Origin: Chloroflexia bacterium
GTDB taxonomy: Bacteria; Chloroflexota; Chloroflexia; QHBQ01; JADMIH01
Assembly: GCA_038203825.1 (NCBI GenBank)
Contig: JBBRDO010000013.1
Location: 265-64,264, forward strand
Direction of reading: 5' to 3'
Length of the DNA: 64,000 nucleotides
Both the position numbers and the translations under genes were made by a program. Shown here piece after piece: positions 27,581 to 36,893 of this stretch. Position 1 is the first letter of the stretch; every line of letters starts with the position of its first letter. The notes beneath the pieces were generated by a model that saw only the letters and a list, made by a program, of their open reading frames with translations, was not told the origin of the DNA and did no database searches.

Positions 27581-30529
27581 ATGCTACACTTTCTGCGCCG
27601 CTCTTTGCTCAGACAGCTGCTTGGCGTTTACTTGATCTTCGTGAGTGCCGTGCTTGGCACCGGGCTGGCTGTCAACTTCATCGTGCAAGACCGCCTGCGG
27701 AGCGAAGTCCAGTCTTCCGACCTTGCTCTCGCCCAGGCTATAGCACTGGAGACGGACGACTCCCTTCATGATGCAAGGGACGCGTTGCGTGATATGGCCG
27801 CTGTGCCCGTTGTGCGTAACGGCGACGCTGGCGGTATGCTCACCGCCTTCCGTGCTTTCAAAGCGGCTCGCAAGGACGTGGACCGCATTTACTGGCTGGA
27901 CGCCAATGGTATCATGGGCGTCTCCGTGCCGAGCGACGTGCGCACCGAGAACATGAGCATGGCCCAATCGCCGATCTTCCAGCGGGCACGAAGCGCCTCA
28001 CCCGGCAGCGACCCGCTGCTCCAGGCAGGTCTAGTCGATCTCACAACGTTCAATGCCGTCGTGTCTATCGCCTTCCCGGTCCGCGACAGCAGCGGCCAAC
28101 TCAAAGGTGTGCTGGCCACCAATCTCCTTCTGGACGACCTGAGCCTGCCGCTACGCACCGTGGCCCGCGACCAACAACAGCGCGGCCATGCACTCGAGAT
28201 CAGTATGATCGACGACCAGGGCCAGTTGATCGGTACATTGGAACGCGAGCGCCTGCTCCAGCCCGTCGTGCAGGACATGCCTGGCGCAGCCGAGGCGCTT
28301 GCCGGGCACAGTGCCACCCGCTTCTCACCGGGGCCGCAATCTCAGAACTGGCTCTACACGTCGGCGCCCGTACCCGACAGCGGCTGGGCCGTGGTTGTGC
28401 AGAGGCCCGCGAGCGACGCAATGTCTGTCGTGGATAACTTTACCGCATGGCTATCTGCGGCTGCGTTCCTCTTTGCGCTTGGCGGACTCCTCTTCTGGCT
28501 TGTGCTCATACGCCGCGTTATAAACCCTCTCCACGTGCTGGCGCGTTCTCACCGTTCTGTCGGTGTGTCGAAGCTTCGGCCCTCGGGCGCCGAACCGCTC
28601 GCCGCTCGACCCGACGAAATAGGTGAGGTCGCACGTTCCCTTGTCCGTCTTGAGCGCGATGTGAATACCCAGTTGGGCGAGTTACATACTCTTCTGGACA
28701 CCTCGACCGCTGTGGTCAGCACGCTGGACCCCCGAACCGTGGCCGAGGCCATAATATTCGAAGTGGGTAGATTGGTGGACGTCCAGGCTGCCTCCATTCG
28801 CGTGCCAGGCGAGGATGGTTTGCTGCGAGTGCTGGCAAGCGTTGGGCGCGGCCCCGGCTACGAGGAGAGCGAAGCTGTACACCCTGATGACCCTCATTCT
28901 CCGGCTGCGCTCGCTTTGCGCAACGGCCAGGCGGTCCAGATGGTTGCGGGTGATGGAAGCGGATTCCCCCTCATATCCTACGAAGAGGGGTTCCGCGCAC
29001 TGCTCGCTATCCCGATCATAAGCCCACGCGTAGGACAGGTGGTCCTGCTGGTGCACCGCGCTAGCCCCACTCCATTCATCGCGCAGGAGATTGAGCTCCT
29101 GTTGACCTTCACAAATTATGCCGCGCTGGCATGGGAGCACGCGGTTCTTTATGAACGCAGCGACGAACGTTTGCAGGAGGTCGCGCAGGAAAACGAGCGC
29201 CTGTATCGTAGTACGAAGCAAGAGAAGCAAACACTTGAAGCTATTATGTCGAGCATGAGCGATGGCCTCGTGCTGACGGGCACTGACGGCACGGTACTGT
29301 ACGCAAATCCCGGCGCGATGGCCCTCTTTGGCAAAGGCCGCAACAGTGGTGACTTCAGGCACATCGAAGATGTTCACGCCACGTTACGGTCGTCGTCTCT
29401 CGACCCGGTAGCTTATGACATTTCGTTGGAGCATGCTGAGGCCGGGGCTGTGTCGAGCTGGTTATTTGAGACGCGAGCGCCGGCACAGCCCCGACCTCAG
29501 CATGCTCCTGCGGTCAACGGTGCATACCCGGGGCCCGGCGAACGGGAGGTTGGGGCCGGGGAGGGGGAGGGGGCCGGTGGTCAAACGATACAGATCAAGC
29601 TCTTCGACGTCCGAGGCGAAGCGAGGGAAATTATCGGCAAGGGCATGATATTGCGCGATGTCACTCGTGAGCAAGAGATAGAGCGCCTCAAGACCAGCCT
29701 GCTGGCCGCGGTGGGTCACGAGGTTCGCACGCCGTTGGCTGCCATAAAAGGATACGCGTCCACCCTCCTACAAACTGATGTCGCCTGGTCTGCAGGAGAT
29801 CAGCGCAATTTTCTGCAAACTATCAGCGACGAGGCTGATCGCCTGGCCCGACTCGTGAGCAACCTGTTAGACCTCTCTCGGTACGAGGCCGGTTTGCTGC
29901 CTCTGTCGCCGATACCCACTCGAGTGGAGGACCTGGTAGCGGGAGCCATTTCCCACCTTCACCCGCAGCTCACAGAGTTGACCACCGACATAGAAGCGGA
30001 CCTTCCTCCGGTTGGTGCGGATCCGGCACGCATGGAGGTCGTGCTTCAGAATCTCCTCGCGAACGCACGCGCTTATGGAAACGCCTCCGTGCACCTGTCT
30101 GCGCGCAGACAGGAGGGAGTAGTGCTCTTCCAGGTAAGCGATGATGGGCCGGGCATTGCGCCCCGGGAGCTACCTCACATCTTTGAACGATTCTACAGGG
30201 CGCCGCGTGGCGTGCAGCAACGCTCTGAAGGGACGGGGCTGGGTCTGGCTATCTCCAGGGCTTTTGTAGAGGCTCACGGTGGCAAGATCTGGGCAGAAGC
30301 CGCCGTCGAGGCCAGCAGCTACACTGGCTACACTGGCTACACTGGCTACACTGGCACCACGATCAGCTTCACGCTCCCGCTGCTCGAGGTATCGCTCGAG
30401 CAACAGACAATCGATATGCCTCAGACGGACTTGGAGCAGGCGACTACGTTGCGGGGGGAGCTTGCGGTCAGGGAAGCGAATAGAGCAGAGCGAGAGGAGA
30501 GACAGGAGAGAGAGGAGATCGGAGTGTGA
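27581..30529 (+). CDS. Sensor histidine kinase (TM - Cache-like - TM - HAMP - GAF - PAS - HisKA - HATPase_c)
   Basis: 982 aa with two TM segments flanking a ~270-aa extracytoplasmic domain. H-box LLAAVGHEVRTPLAAIKGYA, N-box LLANARAYG, G-boxes DDGPGI and GTGLGLAI. The core is KdpD-like. Confidence 0.9.
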   Translation: MLHFLRRSLLRQLLGVYLIFVSAVLGTGLAVNFIVQDRLRSEVQSSDLALAQAIALETDDSLHDARDALRDMAAVPVVRNGDAGGMLTAFRAFKAARKDVDRIYWLDANGIMGVSVPSDVRTENMSMAQSPIFQRARSASPGSDPLLQAGLVDLTTFNAVVSIAFPVRDSSGQLKGVLATNLLLDDLSLPLRTVARDQQQRGHALEISMIDDQGQLIGTLERERLLQPVVQDMPGAAEALAGHSATRFSPGPQSQNWLYTSAPVPDSGWAVVVQRPASDAMSVVDNFTAWLSAAAFLFALGGLLFWLVLIRRVINPLHVLARSHRSVGVSKLRPSGAEPLAARPDEIGEVARSLVRLERDVNTQLGELHTLLDTSTAVVSTLDPRTVAEAIIFEVGRLVDVQAASIRVPGEDGLLRVLASVGRGPGYEESEAVHPDDPHSPAALALRNGQAVQMVAGDGSGFPLISYEEGFRALLAIPIISPRVGQVVLLVHRASPTPFIAQEIELLLTFTNYAALAWEHAVLYERSDERLQEVAQENERLYRSTKQEKQTLEAIMSSMSDGLVLTGTDGTVLYANPGAMALFGKGRNSGDFRHIEDVHATLRSSSLDPVAYDISLEHAEAGAVSSWLFETRAPAQPRPQHAPAVNGAYPGPGEREVGAGEGEGAGGQTIQIKLFDVRGEAREIIGKGMILRDVTREQEIERLKTSLLAAVGHEVRTPLAAIKGYASTLLQTDVAWSAGDQRNFLQTISDEADRLARLVSNLLDLSRYEAGLLPLSPIPTRVEDLVAGAISHLHPQLTELTTDIEADLPPVGADPARMEVVLQNLLANARAYGNASVHLSARRQEGVVLFQVSDDGPGIAPRELPHIFERFYRAPRGVQQRSEGTGLGLAISRAFVEAHGGKIWAEAAVEASSYTGYTGYTGYTGTTISFTLPLLEVSLEQQTIDMPQTDLEQATTLRGELAVREANRAEREERQEREEIGV
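30319..30354 (+). repeat. In-frame tandem 9-mer (CTACACTGG) x4 encoding YTGYTGYTGYTG
   Basis: Read directly. It lies inside the kinase ATP-binding domain just before the last strand (...AAVEASSYTGYTGYTGYTGTTISFTLPL). Confidence 0.95.
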
Positions 30530-31221
30530 CGCAACCTGCCCGCCGCATACTTGTCGCCGAGGATGAAAGCGCGCTTCTCGATTTCGTGAGCCGCAACCTG
30601 AAGGCGCGCGGTTTCCAGGTGCTCGAGGCGCATAACGGCATTGAAGCGTTGCACCTTTGGGAGCGCGAGCGGCCCGATTTGCTGATCCTAGACGTTATGA
30701 TGCCGCGCCTCGACGGCTTGGACGTATGTCGCCGCGTCCGCGAAGTAGACACAGTGCCGATCATTATACTCACGGCCCTCGACGCCGAAAGCGACAAGGT
30801 TGCGGCCCTGGATACGGGAGCAGACGATTATCTCACCAAGCCTTTTGGCGTAGATGAACTGCTTGCGAGAGTGCGCGCGGTGCTGCGGCGCAGCGCATGG
30901 GCAGCCAGCATGCCCTCGAGTTCTGTTCGGCGCTTCGGCCCTCTCGAGATAGACCTGGCCGGGCATAATGTTCTGCGAGACGGTGCCGCCGTGCACCTGA
31001 CGCCTACCGAGTTTGCCCTGCTGGAGCAGCTGGTGCTGCATCCGAATAAGATGCTCACCCACCGTATGCTCCTGCAGAACGTCTGGGGCAGCGAATATCG
31101 AGACGAACTGGAATACCTGAGGGTGTATATGGGGCGGCTACGCCGGAAACTGGAACAGGACCCCACAAATCCGCGCTACCTGCAGACCGACTCGGGTACG
31201 GGTTACCGTTTCGTCCCATGA
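30526..31221 (+). CDS. OmpR/KdpE-like response regulator
   Basis: Receiver ILVAEDE...LLILDVMMP...KPF plus winged helix LTPTEFALLEQLVLHPNKMLTHRMLLQNVWG...YLRVYMGRLRRKLE...GTGYRF. The start overlaps the kinase stop. Confidence 0.9.
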   Translation: MTQPARRILVAEDESALLDFVSRNLKARGFQVLEAHNGIEALHLWERERPDLLILDVMMPRLDGLDVCRRVREVDTVPIIILTALDAESDKVAALDTGADDYLTKPFGVDELLARVRAVLRRSAWAASMPSSSVRRFGPLEIDLAGHNVLRDGAAVHLTPTEFALLEQLVLHPNKMLTHRMLLQNVWGSEYRDELEYLRVYMGRLRRKLEQDPTNPRYLQTDSGTGYRFVP

Positions 31222-31264
31222 CAGCGTCTAAAGCTGATAGAGGTCAGAAAGGAGTGGGCATACA

Positions 31265-32551
31265 TTGCGCAGCGTTCGCATAGCACCCGGACTGAGGATC
31301 CAGGTCAACTGGTTGCTCTTCCTTGTGGCCGCGTTGGCGCTCCTGTCCGGCCTGCCAGGCTGCGACTCGCCCGCAACGTCCAGCAGCTATAGTGCCGATA
31401 CTGGAGTAGATGTGAAGATCGTGCTCGGTGCTACTATCTCAATTACAGGCCCTACCGCCCAGGAAGGCGCTTACGCGCGCGATGGCTATGAATTCGCGGT
31501 GGACGCCGTCAATCGCGCCGGCGGCGTTCGGATCGGGGATAAGAGCTACCGGTTGGTGCTCAAGTATTACGACGACCAATCAAATGCCAGGCTTGTTCCA
31601 GACCTCTACCGCAAATTGCTGAATGAGGACCACGCCAACATCCTGCTCGGCCCTTATTCGTCGGCCCTCACTATGGAGGCAGTACCGGTGGCCGAGGAGG
31701 CACACATACCTTTGATTGATGCTCACGGTTCAGCCGAGAGCATCTTCGGAAACGGAGACCACTACACTTTTGGCATACTTAGCCCCGCCCAAAACTACCT
31801 GCGCGGCATCATCGCCCTGGTGCACGCCACAGACCCGAGCGCGCACACTGTAGCTCTAATCGGCGCTGACGAAGCATTTTCGCACGAGGTGTTGCAGGGA
31901 GCCAGCGACTACGCGCAGGAGGTCGGCATGCAGGTCGTCTACAGCGCGTTCTACCCGATCAACGCTCCCGACCTCGCCAGCCAGTTGCTCGCCGTGAAGG
32001 CTATGCACCCAGATTTGCTATTGGGTTCCGGGCACCTGCAGGACTCCCTGCTCCTCGCCCGTCAGGTGCACGACCTGGGTCTGACCCCCAAGGCCATCGG
32101 CCTCACCTCCGGCCCGTCAACTCCTGAGTTCCGTACCAACCTGCAAGGTCTGGCCGACTACATATTCGGTGCAACTCAGTGGACGAGCGCTCTCAAGTAC
32201 AAAGGCGACGACCCCTGGGGCTCGCCGCGCGCTTACGCCGATGCTTTTCGAGCGAGCCACCCGACTTACGACGATGTTCCTTACCAGACCGCCGAATCGT
32301 CTGCGGCTGTGATCGTGGCACAGCGCGCCCTCGAAAAGGCCGGCGCAACCGACCCCGAGAGCGTGCGCGCGGCTCTTACGAAGATCGACTTCATGACCTT
32401 CTACGGCCGCATCAAGTTCGACGAGCGAGGCGTCAACATATATAAGCCTATGGTTGTCGAGCAGTTGCAGCCCGACGGCCACAAATACACCGTCTTCCCG
32501 CGAGACGTGGCCGAAAAGGACGCTCTCTACCCCATGCCCGCATCGCGCTAA
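31265..32551 (+). CDS. Orphan Leu/Ile/Val-binding-protein-family (type 1 PBP) lipoprotein
   Basis: TTG start, signal peptide with lipobox LPGCDS, and KIVLGATISITGPTAQEGAYARDGYEFAVDAVN typical of LivJ-like binding proteins. There are no adjacent permease or ATPase genes. Confidence 0.8.
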   Translation: MRSVRIAPGLRIQVNWLLFLVAALALLSGLPGCDSPATSSSYSADTGVDVKIVLGATISITGPTAQEGAYARDGYEFAVDAVNRAGGVRIGDKSYRLVLKYYDDQSNARLVPDLYRKLLNEDHANILLGPYSSALTMEAVPVAEEAHIPLIDAHGSAESIFGNGDHYTFGILSPAQNYLRGIIALVHATDPSAHTVALIGADEAFSHEVLQGASDYAQEVGMQVVYSAFYPINAPDLASQLLAVKAMHPDLLLGSGHLQDSLLLARQVHDLGLTPKAIGLTSGPSTPEFRTNLQGLADYIFGATQWTSALKYKGDDPWGSPRAYADAFRASHPTYDDVPYQTAESSAAVIVAQRALEKAGATDPESVRAALTKIDFMTFYGRIKFDERGVNIYKPMVVEQLQPDGHKYTVFPRDVAEKDALYPMPASR

Positions 32552-32603
32552 AAAGCAATCAACTGTCCCCGCTCGGCCGGAGCGGGGACAGTTGATTGCT
32601 TTT
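32551..32603. terminator. Bidirectional terminator hairpin (24-bp perfect stem) between convergent genes
   Basis: aaaagcaatcaactgtccccgctc ggcc/gg gagcggggacagttgattgctttt, with A-run and T-run flanks. Confidence 0.8.
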
Positions 32604-32642
32604 CTCTAGTAATTGGTAGCAGTAATTGGTAGCCGCTAACTG

Positions 32643-33725
32643 CTATTTCGCGTTACTGGCGAATTCGTTGGTGAAGGTCTTAGCCAGATCGATTTTGGCC
32701 GCCTTGACATCGGGGTTGATCTGGTTCTCGAAATCGAGAGTAAAGGCCGGGCCGCTCTCGGGCATCAAGCCGTCAGGGCTGAACATGGCGTACTGGTTGG
32801 TGAGGGCCGTGACGTAGAGGTCCTTGTTCCCCGCGTAGTAATCGGCGGGCATCTTCTCGGCCACGTCCGCCGCGGTGTGTGCGTGGATCCACTTTAGCGT
32901 TTTCACGTAAGCGTTGACGAGGCGCTGCGTTACGTCCTTGTGGGCGTTCACGTAGTCCAGCTGCATAAAGACGCAGATGAAGGGGTAGTCGGAACCGAGC
33001 GCCGCGCGGGTGGCATCTGGCGTGCGCAGGTCGATAAGGACCTTGCCGTCACCCGATTGGAGCAGCCTGGAAATCGTCGGCTCGGTGGTCATGCCCGCGT
33101 CGATCTTGCCCTGCTTGATGGCGGCTATGAAGGTATCGCCCGCCCCCACAGGCACGAACTGGACCTGGTCGGCAGGGATACCGCTCTTGGAAAGCATATA
33201 TTGCGTGATGGTTTGCGTGCCGGAGCCAAGCTCTGTGACGCCCAGGTTCTTGCCTTTGAGGTCGGTAATCGATTTGATCTGGTCCGCTTTGCTGCTAGCC
33301 ACAACCTCTGCCTCGCCCGGCGAGATCAACAGCTGCACTACATCAATGAGTTGTTTGCCTTTCGCCTGTATCTCTATGGTGTGGTTGTAAGACCCCGAAC
33401 CGGCCTGGACGTTCCCTGCCAGCACTTCTTCCTCAGCCGACTGTCCTGATTTCTCGTCGATAAGCTCGACGTTGAGGTTCTGCTCGTCAAAATAGCCCAG
33501 CTGCTTGGCCAGCATGTTGGGCAAGTATATCTGCTTGCTCAGGCCTCCGACCAATATCTTTATGTCGTCCTTGGGGCCCGACGGCGCTGCGGCTGCCGTA
33601 GTGGACGTAGCTGCGCCACTTGCCGGTGCCGTGGTGGGCGTGCTCGTCCCACCGCAACCGCCCAGGGCGGGGATTATTATGAGCGCTGCTGCCAGCAGTC
33701 CAAACCTCTTGTTCCTGGTTTCCAT
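32643..33725 (-). CDS. NitT/TauT-family (NMT1/THI5-like) ABC substrate-binding lipoprotein
   Basis: Lipobox ALGGCGG followed by a Thr/Ala/Pro linker. The body resembles aliphatic sulfonate/nitrate/HMP-type binding proteins. Confidence 0.8.
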   Translation of the reverse strand: METRNKRFGLLAAALIIIPALGGCGGTSTPTTAPASGAATSTTAAAAPSGPKDDIKILVGGLSKQIYLPNMLAKQLGYFDEQNLNVELIDEKSGQSAEEEVLAGNVQAGSGSYNHTIEIQAKGKQLIDVVQLLISPGEAEVVASSKADQIKSITDLKGKNLGVTELGSGTQTITQYMLSKSGIPADQVQFVPVGAGDTFIAAIKQGKIDAGMTTEPTISRLLQSGDGKVLIDLRTPDATRAALGSDYPFICVFMQLDYVNAHKDVTQRLVNAYVKTLKWIHAHTAADVAEKMPADYYAGNKDLYVTALTNQYAMFSPDGLMPESGPAFTLDFENQINPDVKAAKIDLAKTFTNEFASNAK

Positions 33726-33757
33726 ATTCTACTATCCTCCTTCTGATATTACCGTTG

Positions 33758-34636
33758 CTACATCGAAACGTCGGTCACCGTATTGGGCCGCCAGCGAATC
33801 AGGCGATTCTCCAGGGCCGTCACAAGGGCCTCTGCCGTCAGAGAAACGACGGCCAGAATGACCATCGCCGCAAAGACGCCGTCCGCGTTGAACGTGTTCT
33901 GGGCGGTTGAGATAAGGAGGCCAAGTCCTTTCGTCGAACCCAGAAATTCCCCGACGACGGCGCCTACCAGCGCAAAGCTGAAACTCGTATGCAGGCTTGC
34001 TATTATCCAAGACAGGGCCGAGGGGATAATAACGTGCATCGAGAGCTGCCGCGGACTGGCGCCCAGTATCCGGGCGTTGGCTATCAGGTTGCGGTCTACC
34101 TCCCGCACGCCCTGAAAAGCGTTGAAAAAGACGATAAAGAAAACAAGCACCACCGCGAGGGCGATCTTGGATTGGATACCAAGCCCGAGCCAGATGGCGA
34201 AGATCGAGCCGAGCACCACGCGAGGTATGGCGTTGCCCGCCTTAATGTAGGGGCTGAAGATATCGGCCAGCAGTTGGCTGCGCCCCAGAAGCACACCGAA
34301 GAAGATACCAAGCACCACACAGATGATGAAACCTATTACTGTCTCTTCCATCGTGACCGCGATCTGCTCCCACAGGGGGCCTTGCGCGGTGCCCTGCGTT
34401 GCCCAGATCCAGATTTGCCTTGCTATCTTCGATGGCTGCCCGAAGAAGAAGGGGTCGACCCACTCAAGTCTGGTTGACAGTTCCCAGCCGCCGACGATCA
34501 CGACGAACACCGCGATCCTCAGCACATTAACGATAGTGCGGTACCGGCGAAGCTGGCCCTTGCTGGTTGAGAAGTCCGGCTCGTCCGACCGAACGGCCGC
34601 CTGACTAGCCGTTCGCACTTTGCTTGGAGCGCTCAT
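33758..34636 (-). CDS. NitT/TauT-family ABC permease
   Basis: Six hydrophobic segments and the EAA-like loop REVDRNLIANARILGASPRQLSMHVIIPSAL. Confidence 0.85.
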   Translation of the reverse strand: MSAPSKVRTASQAAVRSDEPDFSTSKGQLRRYRTIVNVLRIAVFVVIVGGWELSTRLEWVDPFFFGQPSKIARQIWIWATQGTAQGPLWEQIAVTMEETVIGFIICVVLGIFFGVLLGRSQLLADIFSPYIKAGNAIPRVVLGSIFAIWLGLGIQSKIALAVVLVFFIVFFNAFQGVREVDRNLIANARILGASPRQLSMHVIIPSALSWIIASLHTSFSFALVGAVVGEFLGSTKGLGLLISTAQNTFNADGVFAAMVILAVVSLTAEALVTALENRLIRWRPNTVTDVSM

Positions 34637-35513
34637 AGCTTATCAGCACCTCACTCTTCAGGTCTTCCCAAATTTGTTGGTAGATTTCGACAAAGCGTTG
34701 GTCGAAGCGTATCTCGGTGACGTCGCGCGGCCGAGGGAGATCAACAGGGTAATTGGCCTTGACGGTGCCGGGCCCCGCTGTCAGCACGAAGACGCGGTCG
34801 GCCAGAGAGATAGCCTCTTCGAGGTCGTGCGTCACGAAGACGACCGACGCGCCGGTGGTCGACCACAGGTTGAGGAGCTCGTCTTCCATCAGCGCGCGGG
34901 TTTGCACGTCGAGGGCACTGAACGGCTCGTCCATAAGGAGGATGGTCGGCTCGTTGATCATGGTCTGGGCGATAGCTACGCGCTTGCGCATGCCTCCCGA
35001 CAACTGGTGCGGGTAGCGATCCTCGAACCCGGTGAGGCCCACGCGCTGTATCCAGTCTCGGGCCATACTCTGCGCCTGCGCCTTGTGTACCCCACGAAAA
35101 AGCGGGCCTGCCGATACGTTGTCGAGCACGTTCTTCCATGGGAAGACTGCATCAGTCTGGAACACATAGCCAACGTTCGAGTTGATACCGGCTACGTGCT
35201 CACCCCTGACCAGCACTTCTCCGCGGCTTGCCCGCTCGAGGCCCGAGATCAAGGTGAGGGTGGTGGACTTACCGCAGCCAGTAGGGCCAACTACCGCGCA
35301 AAACTCGCCGGGTCGCACGGTCATATTCATATCGCGTAAGGCCGTGTAAGGCTCCCCGCCCGGGGTGGTGAACCTCTTGTAAACCCCCCTGAGCTCAATC
35401 ACGCCAGCCGTTGCAGCTCCGGCCGTCACGGAGGTCGCAGCCGCAGTGCCGGATTGCCCCGGTGTCGAGGTGGAGGAATACGCAAAGGTCGCGCTTGCAT
35501 GCCATGCTGTCAT
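34605..35513 (-). CDS. NitT/TauT-family ABC ATP-binding protein
   Basis: Walker A GPTGCGKST, signature LSGGMRKR, Walker B ILLMDEPFSALD. The N-terminal ~40 aa are low complexity, so the start is uncertain. Confidence 0.85.
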   Translation of the reverse strand: MTAWHASATFAYSSTSTPGQSGTAAATSVTAGAATAGVIELRGVYKRFTTPGGEPYTALRDMNMTVRPGEFCAVVGPTGCGKSTTLTLISGLERASRGEVLVRGEHVAGINSNVGYVFQTDAVFPWKNVLDNVSAGPLFRGVHKAQAQSMARDWIQRVGLTGFEDRYPHQLSGGMRKRVAIAQTMINEPTILLMDEPFSALDVQTRALMEDELLNLWSTTGASVVFVTHDLEEAISLADRVFVLTAGPGTVKANYPVDLPRPRDVTEIRFDQRFVEIYQQIWEDLKSEVLISYERSKQSANG

Positions 35514-35755
35514 GCGCGCAGCATAATCGAGAAGGCGTTAACAACGAATAAAAACTGGGCGGAAAATATAAACGGTTTGTAAATATTGCGGGTATACCAC
35601 ACAGCATGCACAACCCGCCGGCGATAAACGTCTACTTGCCCGCGAAGCTAATGCCGGGGGATGACAGGTCATGTATAATGTTCTAATCCGCCGAGCGGTT
35701 CGGCGGGTGTGGGTAGTAACAAAGCGCACAAACGGGACTCTGAAGGAGGGAATGA

Positions 35756-35932
35756 TTGATTTCCATTACCAAAGATATCGGAATGATTGCACTGGCTGTA
35801 TTCTTGATTCTGTACGGGTTGCTCGCGGTGTTCAATATCACATTTGCACAGGAGGCAGTTGTGATGGGAATACTGGCGCTTATCGCAGGCGTTCTTATAT
35901 TGCTATCACCCAAGATATCATCCAGGCGATAG
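35756..35932 (+). CDS. Small two-helix membrane protein (58 aa), below the ORF-track length cutoff
   Basis: My translation from TTG 35756 (GGAGGG 5 nt upstream) reads (M)ISITKDIGMIALAVFLILYGLLAVFNITFAQEAVVMGILALIAGVLILLSPKISSRR*. It has two clean hydrophobic helices with a positively charged tail. The alternative start is the ATG at 35783. Confidence 0.45.
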   Translation: MISITKDIGMIALAVFLILYGLLAVFNITFAQEAVVMGILALIAGVLILLSPKISSRR

Positions 35933-36230
35933 AGGCAATATAGCCTCCATATTCTTCGCGGGATTACCCCACGTGGATGACCGGGTGACATTCTAATAAT
36001 GTGGTAATCCCGAGACTTCCAGGCCGGGATGACTGAGCGCTGCGCGAGCTTCTCTGCCCGATAGGCGATCGAGACCCCGTGCAGCGCCTGTGTCACCTGG
36101 CCGTTTGCTTATGGGCAGTAATAGTTCGGGAGCAGAATAGCGGGGTAAGACCAATGCAGTATTTATCAGGGAGCAGGAAAAGCACCGGCAGCGCGGAGCC
36201 TTCGGTGCTCTTTACGGAGGTTACAATGCA

Positions 36231-36680
36231 ATGGAGACAATGGAGTGGGAGATCGCTCTGCATGGGATCGGTGTCGTCTCGTCGCCGATAACCACTATCG
36301 AATTTACGGACTGGGCTGACGTAGTATCGGAGATCAGACTGGACGAGGCGCTGGTATCCGGGCTGCGCGGTCTTGAAGAGTATTCTCACATAATCGTGGT
36401 ATTTCACCTGCACCAGGTGCACTTCAATCCTGCGACCGACCTGGTGCGGCATCCGCGCGACCGCACCGACTGGCCTCTGATGGGGGTATTCGCTACGCAC
36501 ACCCAGTTCCGCCCTAACCCTATTGGCATTACGACCGTGAAGCTGCTTGGCATTGCAGGTAATGTGTTGTCTGTAAAGGGGCTGGATGCGCTTAACGGCA
36601 CACTTGTGCTCGACATAAAGCCGTACATGCCCGACCTCGAGCTGGCGGAAGTCGCGGTAGCGCCGCCGTGGATGAGATGA
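36231..36680 (+). CDS. TsaA/TrmO-like (UPF0066) SAM-dependent methyltransferase
   Basis: FATHTQFRPNPIGITTVKLLGIAGNVLSVKGLDALNGTLVLDIKPYMP is the family signature. Confidence 0.75.
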   Translation: METMEWEIALHGIGVVSSPITTIEFTDWADVVSEIRLDEALVSGLRGLEEYSHIIVVFHLHQVHFNPATDLVRHPRDRTDWPLMGVFATHTQFRPNPIGITTVKLLGIAGNVLSVKGLDALNGTLVLDIKPYMPDLELAEVAVAPPWMR

Positions 36681-36893
36681 GATGCTCCTAAGTCCCGGCC
36701 ATTGGCAGCCCGCAGGGGAGAAGGCTGGAACTTGCCCGACGATGAGTACCCCTCGGCAGGGACGGAAGCGACACCGAAGATAGGACAGTTGTGGATCCCA
36801 CAGGGAATAGATCTTGCTTTTCAGGCGAGACTGTATGAAGGTGGCTAGCTGTAGACCTTTGTTAGCAACTTATTCCTGTAGAGGGGACCCGCT

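Noticed and set aside
35514-35700. Possible TPP or guanidine riboswitch in the leader of the NMT1-like NitT/TauT ABC operon
   Set aside because: I read the minus-strand leader and saw no CTGAGA/ACCTGATCTGGATAATGCCAGCG (TPP) or ykkC-type conserved cores. It contains only a 7-bp hairpin (ccgccga..tcggcgg).
35683-36096. 137-aa minus-strand ORF and the 90-aa plus ORF 35671-35943
   Set aside because: Their translations are implausible. A shorter frame encoding a clean two-helix membrane protein explains the region better.
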